Assembly: GCA_964525755.1 (NCBI GenBank)
Contig: CAZGIK010000004.1
Span: forward strand, 16,170 to 80,169
DNA: 64,000 bases
DNA from: an uncultured Verrucomicrobiota bacterium
GTDB taxonomy: Bacteria; Verrucomicrobiota; Verrucomicrobiia; Limisphaerales; UBA9464
Direction: 5' to 3'
The translations under genes and the position numbers were made by a program. Under the pieces are notes generated by a model. That model was given only the letters and a program-made list of their open reading frames with translations. It made no database searches and was not told where the DNA came from. Position 1 is the stretch's first letter, and each line of letters opens with the position of its first letter. Positions 60,134-64,000 of the stretch are shown here, one piece after another.

Positions 60134-61573
60134 ATGCCGCGCGCCCTTCCCTCCGCCTTCCGCAACCGGCCCGGTCACGGCCGCATCGGCACCCTCCTCG
60201 CCTTCGTCCTCGCCCCGTTGCTCACGCTCCACGCCGCGGACCCCTGCCGCATCGAGGTGGTGGAACGGAACACCGGGTGGCCGGTGCCGCTGATCCAGTT
60301 GACCACCACCCATCACCTCCGCTTCGTGACGGACAACGCCGGGGTCGTCGCCCTCGAAGCCCCCGAACTGATGGGCCGCGAGGTCTTCCTCCATGTCGCC
60401 GGCGACGGCTACGAGGTCCCGGCGGACGGGTTTGGATACCGCGGCGTCCGGCTCACCCCCGAGCGGGGCCGGACCCATCGGGTCGAGGTCGACCGGACGA
60501 TGATCGCCCGCCGCGTCGGGCGCCTCACCGGGGCCGGGCTGTTCGCCGAAAGCCAGCGCACCGGCAGGGATGCCGACTGGGTGGAAAGCGGGGTCTTCGG
60601 CTGCGACAGCGTCCAGACCGCGATTCATCGGGGTCGCCGCTTCTGGCTCTGGGGCGACACCACCCTGCCCCATTACCCCCTCGGGATATTCGACAGCCTC
60701 GGCGCCACGTCGGCCCTCCGCCCGTCCGGTTGGACCGAACCTCCGTTGAGGCCGGACTACCGGTTCTTCCGGAGGCCGGATGGACGTCCCCGGGGCATCA
60801 CACCCATGCCGGGCAAGGGGCCGACCTGGGCGACGGGCCTGGTGAGCCTGCCGGCCGGGGACGGGATCGATCGCCTGGTCTGCAGCTACATGAAGATCCG
60901 CGGACACCTCGAGGACTACGAGTGGGGTCTGGCGGTCTGGAACGAGGGGGCTGAAACGTTCGAACCCCTGCGGACCCTGTGGACCCGGTCCGAAACCGCG
61001 CCCCGCCCGCCCCTGCTGCCCGTCGGCCATGCCGTGCCCTGGCGGGACGAGGCGGGTCGGGACTGGATCCTGTTCGGGCGACCGTTCCCGGCGATGCGCT
61101 GCCCGGCCACGTTTGAAGCGTGGCAGGACCCGGCCTCCTGGGAGCCCCTGACACCCCCGACCTCCCTTCGGGCGGCCGGCACCGGGAACGGGATCCAGCC
61201 CCATGCCGGGGTCCACAGCGGCGGGATCGGCTGGCATCCGTGGCGCCGCCGCTGGGTGGCCGTTTTCCTAGAGGCCGGCGGAAAGCCTTCCCGCCTCGGC
61301 GAGGTCTGGTACGCCGAGGCCGATGTGCCCACCGGCCCCTGGGGACCGGCGGTCAAGGTGCTCACCCACCGGGACTACACGTTCTACAACCCCTGCCTCC
61401 ACGTCGATCTCGCCACGGCCGACTCCCCGGTCCTGCTCTTCGAGGGAACCTATTCCAAGGAGTTCTCCGGGGCGCCCGTCGCCACCCCGCGCCACGACTA
61501 CAACCAGATCCTGTACCGGCTCGACCTCGACGACCCCCGGCTGGAACCCGCCCGGGCGGGCCAGCAGCGGTGA
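60134..61573 (+). CDS. Secreted hypothetical protein
   Basis: 479 aa. Signal-like GRIGTLLAFVLAPLLTLHAADP. Coding-like composition. WLWGDTT block reminiscent of DUF4185-type proteins, but the family is not established. Confidence 0.65.
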   Translation: MPRALPSAFRNRPGHGRIGTLLAFVLAPLLTLHAADPCRIEVVERNTGWPVPLIQLTTTHHLRFVTDNAGVVALEAPELMGREVFLHVAGDGYEVPADGFGYRGVRLTPERGRTHRVEVDRTMIARRVGRLTGAGLFAESQRTGRDADWVESGVFGCDSVQTAIHRGRRFWLWGDTTLPHYPLGIFDSLGATSALRPSGWTEPPLRPDYRFFRRPDGRPRGITPMPGKGPTWATGLVSLPAGDGIDRLVCSYMKIRGHLEDYEWGLAVWNEGAETFEPLRTLWTRSETAPRPPLLPVGHAVPWRDEAGRDWILFGRPFPAMRCPATFEAWQDPASWEPLTPPTSLRAAGTGNGIQPHAGVHSGGIGWHPWRRRWVAVFLEAGGKPSRLGEVWYAEADVPTGPWGPAVKVLTHRDYTFYNPCLHVDLATADSPVLLFEGTYSKEFSGAPVATPRHDYNQILYRLDLDDPRLEPARAGQQR

Positions 61574-61714
61574 CGCCCGGCTACACGCCGCCCGACGGAG
61601 GAATGCCGCAAGGGGACTCGCCATCCATCATGGCGCCGCGCAAAGGCGGGGGATCCCAACCCGGCCTGGACCTGGCCATGCGATCCCCTGGACGCGAAGG
61701 ACGCCAACCACGGA

Positions 61715-62560
61715 CTAGGCGGCTTCAATCTCCTTCAGAGTCTTCCCCGTCTCCGATTTCCATGCGGTGAGGCCGTTCGCATGCCCGCCGTGCACGACGG
61801 CCGCCGCTGCGCTCGGGCTGGAGAACTCCATGTCCTTCGTGAACACCAACCGATCGCCCTGCGGCTCCATCACGCCTTCATCCTTCAACTTCCGACGAAG
61901 GTTCCGGGTCCAAGGCCACTTCTCAGAGGACGCACGCTCCTGGGCCACCGCCTCCGAGTTCTTCAACACCAGAAAACCGTCCGGCACCGGATACCCCCGA
62001 GCCCTGAGGCCCTTGATATCGCAGAACAGCACCTGCTGCTTTGCCTTCCCGGTGTTAGTTCGGGTCGCCGGAACAAGCAACTCGACGCCGAGGACGGGGA
62101 GCAACTGGTTGATCTTCTCCAGAAAGACTTCCATGTCCTCTCGATCCGACTCCGGCAAACGGGATCCGCTCGCTTGGCCGTTTGTAATCAGTGCACGACC
62201 AGCGGCCCGTGCACTTTCAATGAGCCGACCCTCCAGGTATCGGATGTGGGCCTTCGTGAGGTTCTCATCCTTGCTGACGAAATAGAGCACCTGGTTCCAG
62301 AAGTCTTTCTCGACGTGCGCCTTGATCCGATCTCGGATTCTTTCCGCCTCGCCAATATAAAGCGCCGGCCTTCCGGACTCCGGATCCGTGCCGGTCAGGA
62401 AATACACCCCGGAACCTTCCGACTCCTCCCGGGCGAGAACGCCATCGAATTCACTCCGTGGACCGGCAACCGCCTTGCCCGTCCAGTTGGAGAGTTCGGC
62501 CGTGCGGAGGCGCTTCGGATCGCCGTGGACGAGAAAGAGCCTGATCGTGGCACTGGGCAT
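61715..62560 (-). CDS. GIY-YIG nuclease domain protein with DUF4357-like C-terminal domain
   Basis: SGVYFLTG..GRPALYIGEAERIRDRIKAHV..FWNQVLYFVS..LTKAHIRYLEGRLI (GIY-x10-YIG, Arg, Glu). C-terminal ..GYPVPDGFLVLKNSEA..VFTKDMEFSSPSAAAAVVHGGHANGLTAWK is typical of DUF4357. Confidence 0.8.
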   Translation of the reverse strand: MPSATIRLFLVHGDPKRLRTAELSNWTGKAVAGPRSEFDGVLAREESEGSGVYFLTGTDPESGRPALYIGEAERIRDRIKAHVEKDFWNQVLYFVSKDENLTKAHIRYLEGRLIESARAAGRALITNGQASGSRLPESDREDMEVFLEKINQLLPVLGVELLVPATRTNTGKAKQQVLFCDIKGLRARGYPVPDGFLVLKNSEAVAQERASSEKWPWTRNLRRKLKDEGVMEPQGDRLVFTKDMEFSSPSAAAAVVHGGHANGLTAWKSETGKTLKEIEAA

Positions 62561-62637
62561 TGGTGGAATCGGGTTGGAGAAAAGGGGATCGAGGCAGTCG
62601 GCCCGCGGTCATTCGCCCCACTGCCCGGCAAGGCCGG

Positions 62638-62967
62638 TCATGAAAGGACGGACAGAACGGCGGCCTGGATCCGTCGATAAGCTGCGGGGCGCAGACGCCC
62701 AACCGTGGCACGCAGCAATATCTCATGAGCCGTGAACAGCTTCCCCGGGCGGGCGAAGCTGTCCAACCGCAGGCTGCCCGCCTCGAAGTCTTCCTGTTGG
62801 ATACTGACCGCCTTCGGGTCGCCATAAGGCTTGCTCGTGACCTGGCATAGCACCCAGTCCCCCCGGCCTGCGTCCGCCAGAACCACCGCCGGGCGCAGCT
62901 TCGACCGGGACAGATCAGAAAACGGGAAAGGGACCAGTACTACTGACCCCCTTGCAAATGCCGCCAT
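62638..62967 (-). CDS. Type II toxin, MazF/PemK family endoribonuclease
   Basis: GSVVLVPFPFSDLSRSKLRPAVVL..VLCQVTSK matches the PemK/MazF N-terminal pattern (G-D/S-V-x-x-V-x-F-P-F-x-D..K-x-R-P-A-x-V). Confidence 0.85.
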   Translation of the reverse strand: MAAFARGSVVLVPFPFSDLSRSKLRPAVVLADAGRGDWVLCQVTSKPYGDPKAVSIQQEDFEAGSLRLDSFARPGKLFTAHEILLRATVGRLRPAAYRRIQAAVLSVLS

Positions 62968-63161
62968 GCCTCATCCTCCTCGGGGCGTCCCCAATCCTCG
63001 GTCAGAGCCAACTCACTGAGTCGGGCGGCATCGGACATCTCAGGTGACGGCTCCTCCTCCAAGATCGTCACCAACGCGCGCTGGCAGCGAGGCAAACGCA
63101 CCGCCTCGGTGAGCCGGACATGCCCCTGCTCGTCAACCACAGCCTCCACCGTCCTGATCAT
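62940..63161 (-). CDS. Type II antitoxin (DUF104/AF2212-like N-terminus)
   Basis: 73 aa. MIRTVEAVVDEQGHVRLTEAVRLPRCQRALVTIL, then SELALTEDWGRPEEDEAW, a motif common in MazF-partner antitoxins. Overlaps the toxin start by 28 nt. Confidence 0.65.
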   Translation of the reverse strand: MIRTVEAVVDEQGHVRLTEAVRLPRCQRALVTILEEEPSPEMSDAARLSELALTEDWGRPEEDEAWRHLQGGQ

Positions 63162-63195
63162 GCCCGGAGGCTACCGGATCGCCCGACATCCGGCA

Positions 63196-63222
63196 ACGAT
63201 CAAGCCCCGGACGATCAAGCCC
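63196..63222 (-). promoter_or_regulatory. Tandem direct repeat ACGATCAAGCCC x2 (15-bp period) upstream of the antitoxin gene; candidate TA operator
   Basis: Plus strand acgatcaagccc at 63196-63207 and 63211-63222, 35-61 nt upstream of the antitoxin ATG (63161). On the minus strand it reads GGGCTTGATCGT-ccg-GGGCTTGATCGT. A 6-bp inverted repeat ccggat-N8-atccgg lies nearby. Confidence 0.35.
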
Positions 63223-63352
63223 AGGAACGCCACCGCGACTGAACTCCGGAAGCGGGTTCAGCAGCCGAAGAACCGCCATGCCGGAACTCAGAGCTGACCG
63301 GAAACTCCGAGGGGTCCTTCTGCTGCGGTTGGCTGAAGAGAGGAGGTGACGC

Positions 63353-63721
63353 CTACACGCCGCCGGGGCTGACGGTGGCCAGCCAGAGAAACCGCATTCC
63401 TGCGGCCACGTGGACGCCAATACTGAAAACCCCGCAACACAGGAGGCGGCGGCGGCCCGGCTCCCGGACGCGCCAGATCGTAACCATGGCGGTTGTGAGA
63501 AGGGTAACGGCGCCGAACCACAAGAGGAGGACCCCCATTGGGAATGCCCAAAGCCATGGGACCGCCTCCGCCTGCCAGAGCGCCGCCAACACCGCGGTCG
63601 CAGCCCACGCTCCCACCAGCCCCGGGAATCCCCGACGACGCTGGCCGTTCGTCATCACCAGGATCGTCCAGGCGCACGCCGCGACGAACGAGGCGATCAG
63701 GAAGGGCAGGAACGGGTTCAT
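63353..63721 (-). CDS. Small integral membrane protein (4 predicted TM), unknown function
   Basis: MNPFLPFLIASFVAACAWTILVM, GLVGAWAATAVLAALW, WLWAFPMGVLLLWFGAVTLLTTAMV, LLCCGVFSIGVHVAAGM. Its stop codon lies inside the right direct repeat. Confidence 0.55.
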   Translation of the reverse strand: MNPFLPFLIASFVAACAWTILVMTNGQRRRGFPGLVGAWAATAVLAALWQAEAVPWLWAFPMGVLLLWFGAVTLLTTAMVTIWRVREPGRRRLLCCGVFSIGVHVAAGMRFLWLATVSPGGV

Positions 63722-63790
63722 CGAAGCACGGGAAACCGCTGGTGTCCGGACACCAGCGGTTTCCGGCCCGGCCCGACCGGATCAGACGGA

Positions 63791-64000
63791 TCAGAGTTTC
63801 CGGATCCGCACGTTGCGGTAGTAGACGACCGAATTCGGATCATGGGCCTGGAAGGCGATGGTCCCGGCGTTGAGCTTCCGCTCGAAATCCTTGCCGCCCT
63901 GGCGGCCGGGCTCCTCGGTGAAGTCGTTCACCAGCTTGCCGTCGAGGTAGATCTTCACGTTGTTGCCGCGGACCACGACGTGGTGGGTGTACCAGGCGTT
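63791..64000 (-). CDS. DUF1080 (3-keto-disaccharide hydrolase-like) domain protein, C-terminal part; N-terminus beyond the window end
   Basis: ..NAWYTHHVVVRGNNVKIYLDGKLVNDFTEEPG..GTIAFQAHDPNSVVYYRNVRIRKL is the canonical DUF1080 C-terminus (IALQ.H....V.FRNIRIK.L). The frame stays open to the window end. Confidence 0.75.
   Translation of the reverse strand, partial: NAWYTHHVVVRGNNVKIYLDGKLVNDFTEEPGRQGGKDFERKLNAGTIAFQAHDPNSVVYYRNVRIRKL

Larger units (their letters stand above)
61569..63364. mobile_element. Lower-GC ~1.75-kb inserted islet bracketed by an imperfect 20/24-nt direct repeat
   Basis: Left copy GGTGACGCC-cggc-TACACGCCGCC (61569-61592); right copy GGTGACGCC-TACACGCCGCC (63345-63364). 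The DNA between is visibly less GC-rich than its surroundings and carries GIY-YIG/DUF4357, MazF and an antitoxin. No integrase or transposase is visible. Confidence 0.4.

Noticed and set aside
61593-63344. Searched the islet for an integrase, transposase, terminal inverted repeats or an adjacent tRNA gene
   Set aside because: None was found by eye. The inner ends are not inverted repeats, and no tRNA-like T-arm motif (GGTTCGAATCC) occurs in 61,574-61,714 or 63,162-63,352. The element is therefore reported only as a repeat-flanked islet, not as a defined IS or integrative element.
1-64000. CRISPR arrays, rRNA, tRNA, retron/DGR reverse transcriptases
   Set aside because: I noticed no regularly spaced short direct repeats, no rRNA/tRNA-like segments and no RT motif (YxDD) in a plausible ORF while reading. 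This is a by-eye negative; tRNAscan-SE, Infernal/Rfam and a CRISPR finder should confirm it.

Overview
Very GC-rich chromosomal segment (about two-thirds G+C or more by eye, not computed). It most likely comes from a PVC-superphylum bacterium, probably Verrucomicrobiota. The clues are a pseudopilin-like N-terminus ([33 protein letters not shown]), two PSCyt/DUF1549/DUF1553 + DUF1501 gene pairs, DUF1080 proteins at both window edges, and giant LTD/CotH and Ig-array exoproteins. All family calls come from reading motifs in the supplied translations; no search was run. I support about 45 protein genes and saw no rRNA, tRNA or CRISPR array. Housekeeping genes present: rsgA, thiE, murJ, recF, coaD, lysS, photolyase, rpsT. 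Many very long Arg/Pro/Gly-rich track ORFs are antisense shadows of real genes and are rejected. Main items worth a second look: (1) A 4,197-codon secreted mosaic protein (1777..14370) with five ~180-aa tandem repeats, each holding an invariant YCCGGG motif, plus an internal Gly18 hinge next to a Cys-rich module. (2) A tight six-gene plus-strand operon (53860..60032): HemN-like radical SAM, exported phosphotriesterase-family enzyme, chorismate-lyase-like protein, flavin-dependent halogenase-like enzyme (WxWxIP), GT4 glycosyltransferase and hotdog thioesterase. It may make a halogenated 4-hydroxybenzoate-derived product. (3) A PhnZ-type HD-oxygenase locus with a Zn-alcohol dehydrogenase and a membrane transporter, but no PhnY-type hydroxylase (41256..44281). 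(4) A visibly lower-GC ~1.75-kb islet (61569..63364) bracketed by a 20-nt direct repeat that duplicates the stop-codon region of the flanking convergent genes. It carries a GIY-YIG/DUF4357 nuclease and a MazEF-type toxin-antitoxin pair. (5) An overlapping acyltransferase + GNAT pair resembling OlsA/OlsB aminolipid synthesis (33337..34795). (6) An ECF sigma factor with an anti-sigma::von Willebrand A fusion (44290..47273).
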